From: a virus
Lineage: Duplodnaviria > Caudoviricetes
Length of the DNA stretch: 55,599 bases
Strand: one strand, 5' to 3'
IMG/VR virus record: IMGVR_UViG_3300038974_000149
Coordinates: 1 to 55,599 of that record
Shown in pieces: positions 1 through 7,443 of this stretch. The notes beneath the pieces are model-generated. The model was not told the DNA's origin. It saw only the letters and a list, made by a program, of their open reading frames with translations, and searched no databases. A program made the translations under genes and the position numbers. Every line of letters begins with the position of its first letter. The stretch's first letter is position 1.

Positions 1-22
1 GACGAGATTGTACAGGACTTGT

Positions 23-217
23 TTACGCGAGAGAAAGAAACACGTCTACTTCCTGCTCGTTGATTTCGAGCTTGTTATCCCACTGGACGATGGAGGCCAG
101 CTGGTCAGGTCGCACGAAGAGCCTCATACCGCAGGCACCCTGAACTTGAAAGTGATTGGAATCACTGTCGTAGACAGCCTCCTGATACTGATTTGAGATC
201 TTGCCGAAGAACTTCAT
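23..217 (-). CDS. small early hypothetical protein
   Basis: 64-aa ORF, start overlaps the stop of the upstream gene; ends just before a promoter repeat. Confidence 0.65.
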   Translation of the reverse strand: MKFFGKISNQYQEAVYDSDSNHFQVQGACGMRLFVRPDQLASIVQWDNKLEINEQEVDVFLSLA

Positions 218-420
218 TGATCCACCTCTTCCACATTTATTTCGACTTGACGCTGATAGTCTTTTTCCAGCTCTTCCATTTCCTGCACGGTGTATACGTT
301 GTCGTCGAAGAGCTCAATGGAGACACCCTCCCAGTTCTCCACTAGCCGCTGAATAGCAGACTTGAGGCACCCAGCAACACCGTACTCGGATCGAACGATG
401 ATTACGATCTTTTCTTCCAT
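214..420 (-). CDS. small acidic hypothetical protein
   Basis: 68-aa ORF preceded by GGAGG RBS; tight packing with neighbours. Confidence 0.7.
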   Translation of the reverse strand: MEEKIVIIVRSEYGVAGCLKSAIQRLVENWEGVSIELFDDNVYTVQEMEELEKDYQRQVEINVEEVDQ

Positions 421-423
421 GAA

Positions 424-588
424 CTATTCCTCCCCTCCCGTGTAGAAGTCGGCGGTTTCGAACCGGTCGTCCACTAGCTGGTCGATGTCGATAGCCGGCT
501 GGTAGTATTCGTCTGTGCCCATGCCAGCGGAACCGAGAGCCGATTCGATTTCGTAGCCTTCATCAAGATAGGGTTCGTAGTCGTCCAT
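424..588 (-). CDS. very acidic 54-aa protein (not in ORF track); DNA-mimic candidate
   Basis: Manual translation MDDYEPYLDEGYEIESALGSAGMGTDEYYQPAIDIDQLVDDRFETADFYTGGEE; AGGAGG RBS; first gene after promoter 614-642. Confidence 0.75.
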   Translation of the reverse strand: MDDYEPYLDEGYEIESALGSAGMGTDEYYQPAIDIDQLVDDRFETADFYTGGEE

Positions 589-613
589 GTTCGTCCTCCT
601 TTATTTCTAGTTC

Positions 614-642
614 ATTATACCAAATGAAGACGAGATTGTAAA
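614..642 (-). promoter_or_regulatory. early sigma70-type promoter repeat
   Basis: TTTACA-17bp-TATAAT with extended -10 TG. Confidence 0.85.
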
Positions 643-644
643 CA

Positions 645-953
645 CTACTTTACGACGTCGGGATACTTTTCCCTGAGAGTATTGATAACCAGTTTCATCT
701 TGTCGATTGCAACTGGATTCGCTGAGTGTACGTTCAGTTCGATCGCATGATCAAGATGGCCAAATACTATGTCCTCCTCTACCATTTTGAGACAGTCGTA
801 TCCTGTCGTTTCAGTTCCCAGGTCGTGATCGAAAGAGATAGCTGTGATGTTCTTTTTGTTTTGCTCGTACATGTACTGGAAGTCCACTGCGTTTCGGGCA
901 ATGGACCATCCAGAACCACGAGGGAATCTGATGTCATCGAGATAGAGCTTCAT
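645..953 (-). CDS. cyclic-phosphate-processing receiver-like domain protein
   Basis: Motifs LYLDDIR, ISFDHDLG, TGYD, VHSANP are typical of this stand-alone receiver-like family. Confidence 0.75.
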   Translation of the reverse strand: MKLYLDDIRFPRGSGWSIARNAVDFQYMYEQNKKNITAISFDHDLGTETTGYDCLKMVEEDIVFGHLDHAIELNVHSANPVAIDKMKLVINTLREKYPDVVK

Positions 954-1162
954 TATCTCTCCTGGTAAATGCGAGCAACATGACCGTGCTTGCCTGTGAG
1001 ATTGTCGTAGAGCTCACCAAGCGAATCCTCGAAGTGAAAGAGAATAGTATCATCCTCTGCTACATGATCAGCTTCAAAATCGATAACCTGAGAGTTACGA
1101 GCCGAGTTTTCGATCTCGTTCGCCAGATCACGGAGGGAATCCACGAAGTCTTTGTAAGTCAT
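953..1162 (-). CDS. small acidic hypothetical protein
   Basis: 69-aa ORF immediately after promoter 1192-1220. Confidence 0.7.
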   Translation of the reverse strand: MTYKDFVDSLRDLANEIENSARNSQVIDFEADHVAEDDTILFHFEDSLGELYDNLTGKHGHVARIYQER

Positions 1163-1191
1163 GTTTTTTCCTTTCCTTATTTGATAAGATC

Positions 1192-1220
1192 ATTATATCC
1201 CGTCATGACGAGATTGTACA
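1192..1220 (-). promoter_or_regulatory. early promoter repeat
   Basis: TGTACA-17bp-TATAAT followed by TTATCAAA. Confidence 0.8.
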
Positions 1221-1235
1221 GGATTATTTTACGAT

Positions 1236-1281
1236 GAAAAGAAAATAGGGCCGAAGTCCACTGCTGTGGATGGCCCTATTT
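1236..1281 (-). terminator. intrinsic terminator
   Basis: 10-bp stem AAATAGGGCC/GGCCCTATTT followed by TCTTTTC on the minus strand. Confidence 0.7.
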
Positions 1282-1406
1282 CGACTCGTGGGAGTGAGTC
1301 GGAGAAGCATCACTTAAAGGAGCATCACGATTAGCTCCAAGTCGAAGGATTGCGAGGACCTTACCAGTCAAGGGGCATTGGTCACTACCTTCGTCCGCCT
1401 ATCAAC
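1236..1406 (-). ncRNA. putative structured small RNA (~165 nt)
   Basis: Own promoter (1413-1441), no credible ORF, several stems (1343-48/1388-93, 1319-23/1334-38, 1282-87/1296-1301), ends in a terminator hairpin plus U-tract. Confidence 0.6.
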
Positions 1407-1412
1407 AAATAC

Positions 1413-1441
1413 ATTCTAACATTTTAGAACACGATTGTAAA
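1413..1441 (-). promoter_or_regulatory. early promoter repeat
   Basis: TTTACA-17bp-TAGAAT. Confidence 0.8.
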
Positions 1442-1442
1442 C

Positions 1443-1838
1443 CTAAAATTTCATTCCGTGCTCACGAAAGTATCCCGCCTGATAGAACGGGCATTCCTCT
1501 ACTTTACAGAACAGCATACACTGTTCATCAGTATACGGAGCATTGAACACAGCACATAGAAAATGTCCACCTGCCGTCTCCCACACGACATCTTTCTTTA
1601 TCGTTCCTGGGTCAATCAGACGTTTCGTACTCGACCGATTCTTTGAAGAAACCTTGAGAGCAGGTTGTTTAGCCTCAGTCAAATAGGGAGACTCTGGAGT
1701 TGGAACTGTCCTCAGTATTTCCTTTTCTGCCGAAGAGAGTTTGCCGCCATCCTTCTTCTTCTTTCGAAGAGCATCACAAACCTCTAACCATTTGTAGTAC
1801 CCACACTCTTCAAGCTCAGCTTTTGATCTTCGACTCAT
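1443..1838 (-). CDS. basic hypothetical protein with C-terminal Cys cluster
   Basis: 131-aa ORF; C-x(11)-C-x3-C-x4-C near the C-terminus. Confidence 0.65.
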   Translation of the reverse strand: MSRRSKAELEECGYYKWLEVCDALRKKKKDGGKLSSAEKEILRTVPTPESPYLTEAKQPALKVSSKNRSSTKRLIDPGTIKKDVVWETAGGHFLCAVFNAPYTDEQCMLFCKVEECPFYQAGYFREHGMKF

Positions 1839-2190
1839 TTTTCCTTCTTTCTCTGTTTACTCTAGACATCGGATTTTTATCCCCTTTTCGAGAACCATCA
1901 GAAAAAATCCTACTCAACTTTTGCCTGAGCTCTTCTCTATGCATAGGATTATTTTCCTTCATTCTCTGTCGACGTCGTTCAATGAACTCAATTCTGGCTT
2001 TTTCATTTTTCCATGTTGCTCTACCACAATACGTATCTGTTTGACTATGACAGTTCGGACATAATAATTTAGCTGTTTCTTTATTATGATCATGAAGTTG
2101 CATCGTCAAAGGTTTGCCATTCCATACAGCCTCAAGTCCACACTCTTCACATTTGTTTCCTCTAAGCCGAATAATCTCTTTTTTAGTCAT
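1816..2190 (-). CDS. HNH homing endonuclease-like protein (shortened HNH loop)
   Basis: CEECG...WNGKPLTMQLH...LLCPNCHSQT plus NPM-type DNA-binding repeats. Confidence 0.75.
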   Translation of the reverse strand: MTKKEIIRLRGNKCEECGLEAVWNGKPLTMQLHDHNKETAKLLCPNCHSQTDTYCGRATWKNEKARIEFIERRRQRMKENNPMHREELRQKLSRIFSDGSRKGDKNPMSRVNRERRKNESKIKS

Positions 2191-2194
2191 ATTT

Positions 2195-2251
2195 AATTCC
2201 TCCTAGCCATTTTAGTTAAATGGCATGCTAATTACTAACTTAGGAGGAATT
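2195..2251 (-). promoter_or_regulatory. RBS-sequestering hairpin upstream of the HNH gene
   Basis: 11-bp inverted repeat AATTCCTCCTA/TAGGAGGAATT that includes the AGGAGG RBS; inner stem GCCATTT/AAATGGC. Confidence 0.7.
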
Positions 2252-2260
2252 CGTTGAATT

Positions 2261-2572
2261 TTATTCGGTGACCTCGAAGATGTTTTCCTTGTCAACCTTC
2301 ACCGTCTTGTCTTTCTTCGAGATGAAGATTTCCTTGATGAGGAACTGAGTACCGGGAACAGCCTTCTCGGTAGCCACCTCAGTACGATAGGCCTTGAGTG
2401 CAGACCCACGACCCAGGAAAGGACCGTATTCCTTACCATCAGTCGTACGGACGGCAAACTGAATGGACTTTACACCGAACTTACCCTTGGGAGCAGTCTT
2501 GTGCCCACCATTTGATGCCTTGAACTCACGGTATTTGAGGCCGAGAGCCTTATCGATTTCACTAATACGCAT
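2261..2572 (-). CDS. basic hypothetical protein
   Basis: 103-aa Lys-rich ORF with GGAGG RBS. Confidence 0.75.
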   Translation of the reverse strand: MRISEIDKALGLKYREFKASNGGHKTAPKGKFGVKSIQFAVRTTDGKEYGPFLGRGSALKAYRTEVATEKAVPGTQFLIKEIFISKKDKTVKVDKENIFEVTE

Positions 2573-2577
2573 GATGC

Positions 2578-2739
2578 CTAATCCTCCGTCATTTCTGTTT
2601 TAAAATCTTTAATAATGCCATTTTCTTGAAGAAAATCAAGAATCTCTTTCGTTTTTAATCGGTGGCCATCGATGACCTGGTCTCCAACCCAAAGTTCTTC
2701 CCAGTCTCCTTCGGGAGACGATTTAAAGATTATTTCCAC
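2578..2739 (-). CDS. small hypothetical protein (not in ORF track)
   Basis: GTG start with AGGAGG RBS; 53 aa MEIIFKSSPEGDWEELWVGDQVIDGHRLKTKEILDFLQENGIIKDFKTEMTED; exactly fills the gap. Confidence 0.65.
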   Translation of the reverse strand: MEIIFKSSPEGDWEELWVGDQVIDGHRLKTKEILDFLQENGIIKDFKTEMTED

Positions 2740-2937
2740 TTAATCCTCCTGGTTATAGTTGTCGACCTTGTTTCTCCAGTTATTTCCGCCGCCTTTTTCC
2801 TTGCGCTCGACCGGCTTCACCCGGGTGCGCATGTCAGTATCCTTGAACGTCCGACGAGAGTTTTCCTTGTTACGAGCCGTGTCGAACTTCCGAAGATCCT
2901 TGAATGTCTTTCCCACTTTCATCTCACCACCCCTCAT
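2740..2937 (-). CDS. small basic hypothetical protein
   Basis: Arg/Lys-rich ORF after promoter 2952-2980; true start may be the second Met. Confidence 0.6.
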   Translation of the reverse strand: MRGGEMKVGKTFKDLRKFDTARNKENSRRTFKDTDMRTRVKPVERKEKGGGNNWRNKVDNYNQED

Positions 2938-2951
2938 TTATTTATAAATAC

Positions 2952-2980
2952 ATTATAACACGTCTAGACGAGAATGTGTA
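2952..2980 (-). promoter_or_regulatory. early promoter repeat (variant)
   Basis: TACACA-17bp-TATAAT with the CTCGTC spacer motif. Confidence 0.65.
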
Positions 2981-3352
2981 TTACTTCTTTTTCTTCCAGC
3001 TGTTCAACCACTTACGATGAGCTATGGCATCTGCGTTTACAATGCTATTCATGTCTCTGAGCTCACGCTTGAGCTCCTTCATGGTAAAGTTCTCGTAGCC
3101 CTCAAGAGCTCTTACGTACTCGAGCATCCTATCTCCAACGCATTCGAGAAGTTCCTTGTTGGCAAAGTTATAAGAGCGCCTGGGTCTGAAACCCTGAGGT
3201 CCAAGCTTCCCTAAATCAGCAGTGGCGCCCGTGATTCCCTGCCAGTGACCATAGGGCCGACTGTTCTCCCAGAAGCCATCGGAAATCTGGCCGCAGAGCT
3301 CCTTATTCCAAAGAGTAACCTGTACGATGTTGCGAAACCCGATGGTATTCAC
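2981..3352 (-). CDS. hypothetical phage protein
   Basis: ORF 2981-3418; GGAGG followed by GTG at 3352 is the more likely start. Confidence 0.7.
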   Translation of the reverse strand: MNTIGFRNIVQVTLWNKELCGQISDGFWENSRPYGHWQGITGATADLGKLGPQGFRPRRSYNFANKELLECVGDRMLEYVRALEGYENFTMKELKRELRDMNSIVNADAIAHRKWLNSWKKKK

Positions 3353-3732
3353 TACTTGCCTCCCAAAGAGTAGATGAAGATGCGAAATGCGCGTGCATCG
3401 CTCTTTCTTGTAGAGCACGCATGAGTCGCCAACATAGTACCAGCATGCAGAGTGCGGCGAGGACCAAGATAGAAAATCCGGTAGTGAGGAACCCCAGATT
3501 TCGTATTGCGCGAAGAGTTGAAAGTCTTGAACCCCAGCACCTTGAGCTCAGCCTTAGCCTTGTCGAGATACTCCATGGGGATCTCGTAAAGCCCAGGATA
3601 GTCGACCGAGAGCGCGAACAGGAAGCTGCTACCATTGTCGATGAAGAACTGAGCAGCTTTCTTGTAGTGCGCGTCGAGGAAGTAGAAATCCTCTATGGCG
3701 AACTCCTTACTGGTGACAACCTTCTTAGCCAT
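3352..3732 (-). CDS. hypothetical phage protein
   Basis: 126-aa ORF, AGGAGG RBS, first gene after promoter 3760-3788. Confidence 0.75.
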   Translation of the reverse strand: MAKKVVTSKEFAIEDFYFLDAHYKKAAQFFIDNGSSFLFALSVDYPGLYEIPMEYLDKAKAELKVLGFKTFNSSRNTKSGVPHYRIFYLGPRRTLHAGTMLATHACSTRKSDARAFRIFIYSLGGK

Positions 3733-3759
3733 TTATTTCCTCCTTGATTTGATAAGTCC

Positions 3760-3788
3760 ATTATAACCCATCATGACGAGATTGTATA
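3760..3788 (-). promoter_or_regulatory. early promoter repeat
   Basis: TATACA-17bp-TATAAT followed by TTATCAAA. Confidence 0.8.
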
Positions 3789-3791
3789 GGA

Positions 3792-4088
3792 CTAATCCTC
3801 GAAATAAAGGCAGTAGTACCGACCAGTTCTCTCCTTGCGAGTGCCACGGCGGCGAGAATACTTGTAAGTAGTTCTGTACGTCGCCATGAAGACGCCATCG
3901 GAATCGAAGTCGAACCTGTAATCATCGCTGTAGAGAGCACCACTTGCAACAGCTCTCTTTATTTTATTGATGATGCGCTGGATGTCTTTTTCATCTTCGT
4001 AGTATTTCCCCAGACAACCGCACATGCAGCCAGCCTTTCCCGAATACGCCCGAACCACGTTCTTGGTATTGAGATGACTGAGATTCAT
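3792..4088 (-). CDS. hypothetical protein with GCMCGC motif
   Basis: YSGKAGCMCGCLGKY; likely start MNLSHL at 4088. Confidence 0.7.
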   Translation of the reverse strand: MNLSHLNTKNVVRAYSGKAGCMCGCLGKYYEDEKDIQRIINKIKRAVASGALYSDDYRFDFDSDGVFMATYRTTYKYSRRRGTRKERTGRYYCLYFED

Positions 4089-4089
4089 T

Positions 4090-4380
4090 TTAGTACTCCC
4101 TCTGAAGTTTTTCCACGATAGCTTTCGTGAGTGCTCTTTCGATTTCACCATGGAGCGTCATACCGAATTCTATTGAGGCGTTCTCGCCCTCGTCAGTATC
4201 AGGAAAGCGAACAAACATTCTTTTCTCGTAGTCGTCGCGAAGATCACCAGCGGCCTCGAAAACTACATCGTCCATGAGAGCATTCACCAGATCGTCTACT
4301 TTCTTGGCGAAAGCTTCCGACCTGATAACATCAGCGCCCGCGAGCTCGGCCAAGTATTCAGGAGAAAATCTCTTGTTCAT
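4090..4380 (-). CDS. acidic hypothetical protein
   Basis: 96-aa ORF after promoter 4411-4439. Confidence 0.75.
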   Translation of the reverse strand: MNKRFSPEYLAELAGADVIRSEAFAKKVDDLVNALMDDVVFEAAGDLRDDYEKRMFVRFPDTDEGENASIEFGMTLHGEIERALTKAIVEKLQREY

Positions 4381-4410
4381 TTTTATTTCTTTTCCTTATT
4401 TGATAAATCC

Positions 4411-4439
4411 ATTATAACCCATCATGACGAGATTGTAAA
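4411..4439 (-). promoter_or_regulatory. early promoter repeat
   Basis: TTTACA-17bp-TATAAT followed by TTATCAAA; nearly identical to 3760-3788. Confidence 0.85.
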
Positions 4440-4446
4440 GGACTAT

Positions 4447-4683
4447 TTACAGCTTCATGTTGTCGATTTCAAATAGCTCTACATGGTCGCCCGTAGACTC
4501 CACTTTGATGTTCCGATAGTTTCCGCGAGCATAATCAGACTTGAGAAAGAGAGCCCATTCGAAGAATTCTTGAAGCGAAGTGAATTCTCGATCTGATTCC
4601 GCCCACACCTCTTCAGTCCAGTTTACGCCATCGTTCGTAGATTCTTCTTGTAAGAAGATCTCATAAGAGACGTAGATTTTCAT
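4447..4683 (-). CDS. acidic hypothetical protein
   Basis: 78-aa Glu-rich ORF, TAATG-coupled to the upstream gene. Confidence 0.7.
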   Translation of the reverse strand: MKIYVSYEIFLQEESTNDGVNWTEEVWAESDREFTSLQEFFEWALFLKSDYARGNYRNIKVESTGDHVELFEIDNMKL

Positions 4684-5051
4684 TAGCAGTCCACCCCCAT
4701 TTCGTACTCGAGACCAGCGTCTCCGCTACGATAGCAAGCGATGAAGAGCGTCACAACCTGAGGATTGTAGCTCTGAAGCTCGGCCTCGAAGCCATTTCCT
4801 CTCACGCACCGGGCGTCATCCAGACGAACGTTCTGCGAAGGAATAGCATCTTGCAGCACCTCGATAAGCGTCACAACCGAAAAGTACTCATCGCTATCAA
4901 TAGGACGATCGAGCCACACCTTGACAGCGCCCTTCGTAGTTTCTCTGTCGGAAACCTTGAATCCCAGTTCCTTAGCGATGTCAATCAACTCATTGCGAAG
5001 CTGGACGGCGGAAAGTTTCTTCTTCTTCATAGCGGAAAATTTCTTCTTCAT
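4683..5051 (-). CDS. hypothetical protein
   Basis: 122-aa ORF, GGAGG RBS, after promoter 5078-5106. Confidence 0.75.
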   Translation of the reverse strand: MKKKFSAMKKKKLSAVQLRNELIDIAKELGFKVSDRETTKGAVKVWLDRPIDSDEYFSVVTLIEVLQDAIPSQNVRLDDARCVRGNGFEAELQSYNPQVVTLFIACYRSGDAGLEYEMGVDC

Positions 5052-5077
5052 TTTGTTCCTCCGTATTTGATGAGTAC

Positions 5078-5106
5078 ATTATACTCAACCGCGACGAGAT
5101 TGTAAA
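5078..5106 (-). promoter_or_regulatory. early promoter repeat
   Basis: TTTACA-17bp-TATAAT. Confidence 0.85.
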
Positions 5107-5293
5107 CAAATAGTTTACGTAATAGTAATACGATGATGAAATAATCTCGTATTCAGACTGCTACGCTGCAAATAACATTGGACTTTCTAGTTTCTCATTG
5201 AAAATGCTATCAACAGTGAAGCAAACTAGTACACGTTGACGTATTTCGTAGCTGTCGCAGATGCTGATGTGCAGAGGCCGTTTTTACGATAGC

Positions 5294-5429
5294 GCTTATT
5301 AGTAATCGTCGATCTGTGCTTATTAGTAATGTGATGAAGACATGTTGAGTTGCTGCAGGGCACAGCCGCTATCTTTTTCGTAACTGTAGCGCCACATCGG
5401 CCGTTTGCGCTTCGCTTGCTTATTAGTAA
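5294..5429. repeat. three direct repeats GCTTATTAGTAA
   Basis: Exact 12-mers at 5294-5305, 5318-5329 and 5418-5429 in non-coding DNA. Confidence 0.85.
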
Positions 5430-5606
5430 CGTTTGAGACCGACCGTGGTTACATTCAGTTCCTACGCTTCTACGCAGTCAGACGTATCCTCCATCGTATA
5501 GAATTGACATTCATTGAATGTTGAATCTGTTATATGGACAGAATTGTAACTGAAGAACGTTGAGGATCGTCTACCCTGTCGCCATGAAGCGCTTCAATGG
5601 TAGCTG

Positions 5607-5635
5607 TTTACAATCTTACGCCTGAGTGATAGAGT
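5607..5635 (+). promoter_or_regulatory. plus-strand copy of the early promoter motif
   Basis: TTTACAATCT...TGA-TAGAGT with a 17-bp spacer; the only copy seen in this orientation. Confidence 0.55.
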
Positions 5636-6063
5636 ATTATAGAATGGTATTGAACGCGCTCTGATGCGCTAGAGCGACAGTATGAGCGCAATGAAGAGAT
5701 GCGGAAGTACTGGATATGTATGGAATTTGATTGCGAAATGCCAGTGCCGCCGAGCGCTGCACAGTGAGCGCTCACAGGAGAACGCTGGAGTTCTGATGAA
5801 GAGAAAATGGAGCGCGAAGGGGTACGAGAAGAACGCCCAGAGCCCTTCAGAGTACCTCAGAGCTAAGAGCCACATCACATAGCATTACATTAGCAGTTAG
5901 TCAAGCTAGTCTATAATAGCATGTGTGTGTGTATATGTAGCATCTTGTCATGTGTGTAGCATTTAGCTGAGTCTGTAGCATCTTATGAGTTGTGTAGCAG
6001 ATTAGTAGCTCTGTTATTATTTGTGGTATAATAGAATAAAGTTTATAGAATGAGCAGCTGGAG

Positions 6064-6525
6064 TTGCTTATGATTATATGTAGCAGATGCAAAAAGTTAT
6101 TCAATAGATCAGGAAAACGCCGTCTAAACCATCAAGTCTATGATGAAATCGATCCATATTATGACTGGTGCGACGAATGTATTTGTGAGAATAAAGAAGA
6201 ACTAACCAATGACTTTGTATATTACGATGAGTTGAAAGCAGATAATAAACTAAGAAAATCAGTTTTCGACAAACTAACAAAGAAGCAAAGCAGCTGTTGT
6301 CTAATATGTGGCAAATCGCAAAAAGATCATATATTTAGCGATGGATTCACTAAGAAGCTCTCTATTGATCATGATCATAAAACCGGTCTTATCAGAGGGC
6401 TTCTATGTCACCGCTGCAACCACATGCTTGGACTAGCTCAAGATAACATTGAACTACTCTATGAAGCCATTGAGTACCTGAAATACTTCAAAGAAAAAGT
6501 TGATCAGCTGAAACGAAGCAGTTGA
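6064..6525 (+). CDS. endonuclease VII-family protein
   Basis: CLICG...LSIDHDHKTGLIRGLLCHRCNHMLG...AIEYL is the endo VII signature. Confidence 0.85.
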   Translation: MLMIICSRCKKLFNRSGKRRLNHQVYDEIDPYYDWCDECICENKEELTNDFVYYDELKADNKLRKSVFDKLTKKQSSCCLICGKSQKDHIFSDGFTKKLSIDHDHKTGLIRGLLCHRCNHMLGLAQDNIELLYEAIEYLKYFKEKVDQLKRSS

Positions 6526-6777
6526 CAGCCATACGGCCGTTTTCTACTAATATCATCGTTGTTTACGTCACCGCCCGTTGTCTAGCATCTTATGATTTAT
6601 CAGGTATTATAGCAGAACATAGCAGAAATAGTCGATACAGTGCGTAGCAGTTCGTATTTCTAGTCGAAGAGGTACGCTCAGAACGACGTCGCCCCATTAT
6701 AAAATCTGATAAACAGTTATTCCAATAGAATCAATAAGTTAGAATAGAATAGTCATTCATTTGAATCAGGCGAGTTC

Positions 6778-7023
6778 TCAATAGCTATCATTCACTTCAT
6801 ACGTATCAACAAACTCTAGTCTATACTCAGCAATGAAGCACTGAGTCTTTCTATAAGGGTTTCTATCCATTTTATTACGTCTGTTATAGAAGTCATTTAC
6901 CATTTTGAGATGACTTTTTACATCTTGTTTTCTATGCCAAATCTTTCCTTCTTTACCCCATTTGACGTCAAGTCCTCCAGAAGAGTATAATCCTTTGCTG
7001 TTTACTATTTGAAAGACTTTCAT
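6778..7023 (-). CDS. hypothetical protein
   Basis: 81-aa ORF; last gene of a coupled operon. Confidence 0.65.
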   Translation of the reverse strand: MKVFQIVNSKGLYSSGGLDVKWGKEGKIWHRKQDVKSHLKMVNDFYNRRNKMDRNPYRKTQCFIAEYRLEFVDTYEVNDSY

Positions 7024-7250
7024 TTATTAGTATCCTCGTTCATCTTGTAGGTCACATCAGGTCTTAAAACTCCTAAAGAAACCAGAGTATTTATTCCCTG
7101 AACAGTGATGTAGTAAAAGCCTTGAGTTGAGTTAACCATTCCGCCTTTTCTAAGCCTTTCGGCGGCATCCTTACTAATGAGATTTCCTATCCATGTTACA
7201 TTTAATAGCTGACATAACTGATTGAATTCTGTGATTGAGTATTCTGGCAT
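7020..7250 (-). CDS. hypothetical protein (possible winged helix)
   Basis: 76-aa ORF; L..GGMV...GFYYIT..G pattern. Confidence 0.6.
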   Translation of the reverse strand: MPEYSITEFNQLCQLLNVTWIGNLISKDAAERLRKGGMVNSTQGFYYITVQGINTLVSLGVLRPDVTYKMNEDTNK

Positions 7251-7251
7251 T

Positions 7252-7443
7252 TTAAAACTCCTCTCGTGCTTTCTTTATAGGTTTGAACCATTGTTTCTTC
7301 TTTCTTTCATTTCGCACAATCTCCATTGAGATTAGAACTGAAATAGTCTGATTTAAAGACACATCAGCCAGCTTAGAAACCTTTTTGATGAATGCAAGAG
7401 TTTCCTTGTCTAAGTCGAGCTCAATCTTTACCTTTTTAGCCAT
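7252..7443 (-). CDS. possible ribbon-helix-helix DNA-binding protein
   Basis: KVKIELDLDKETLAFIKKVSKLADVSLNQTISVLI fits the strand-helix-helix pattern. Confidence 0.5.
   Translation of the reverse strand: MAKKVKIELDLDKETLAFIKKVSKLADVSLNQTISVLISMEIVRNERKKKQWFKPIKKAREEF

Noticed and set aside
2573-2739. Apparent intergenic gap with a GTCTCC-TTCG-GGAGAC hairpin as an ncRNA
   Set aside because: The gap is exactly filled by a 53-aa minus-strand ORF with an AGGAGG RBS.
5669-6104. Short ORFs 5669-5878(-), 5682-5882(+) and 5901-6104(-)
   Set aside because: No clear RBS, atypical composition, and they overlap the repeat tract. 5682-5882 follows the plus-strand promoter so it is not fully excluded, but it is unsupported.
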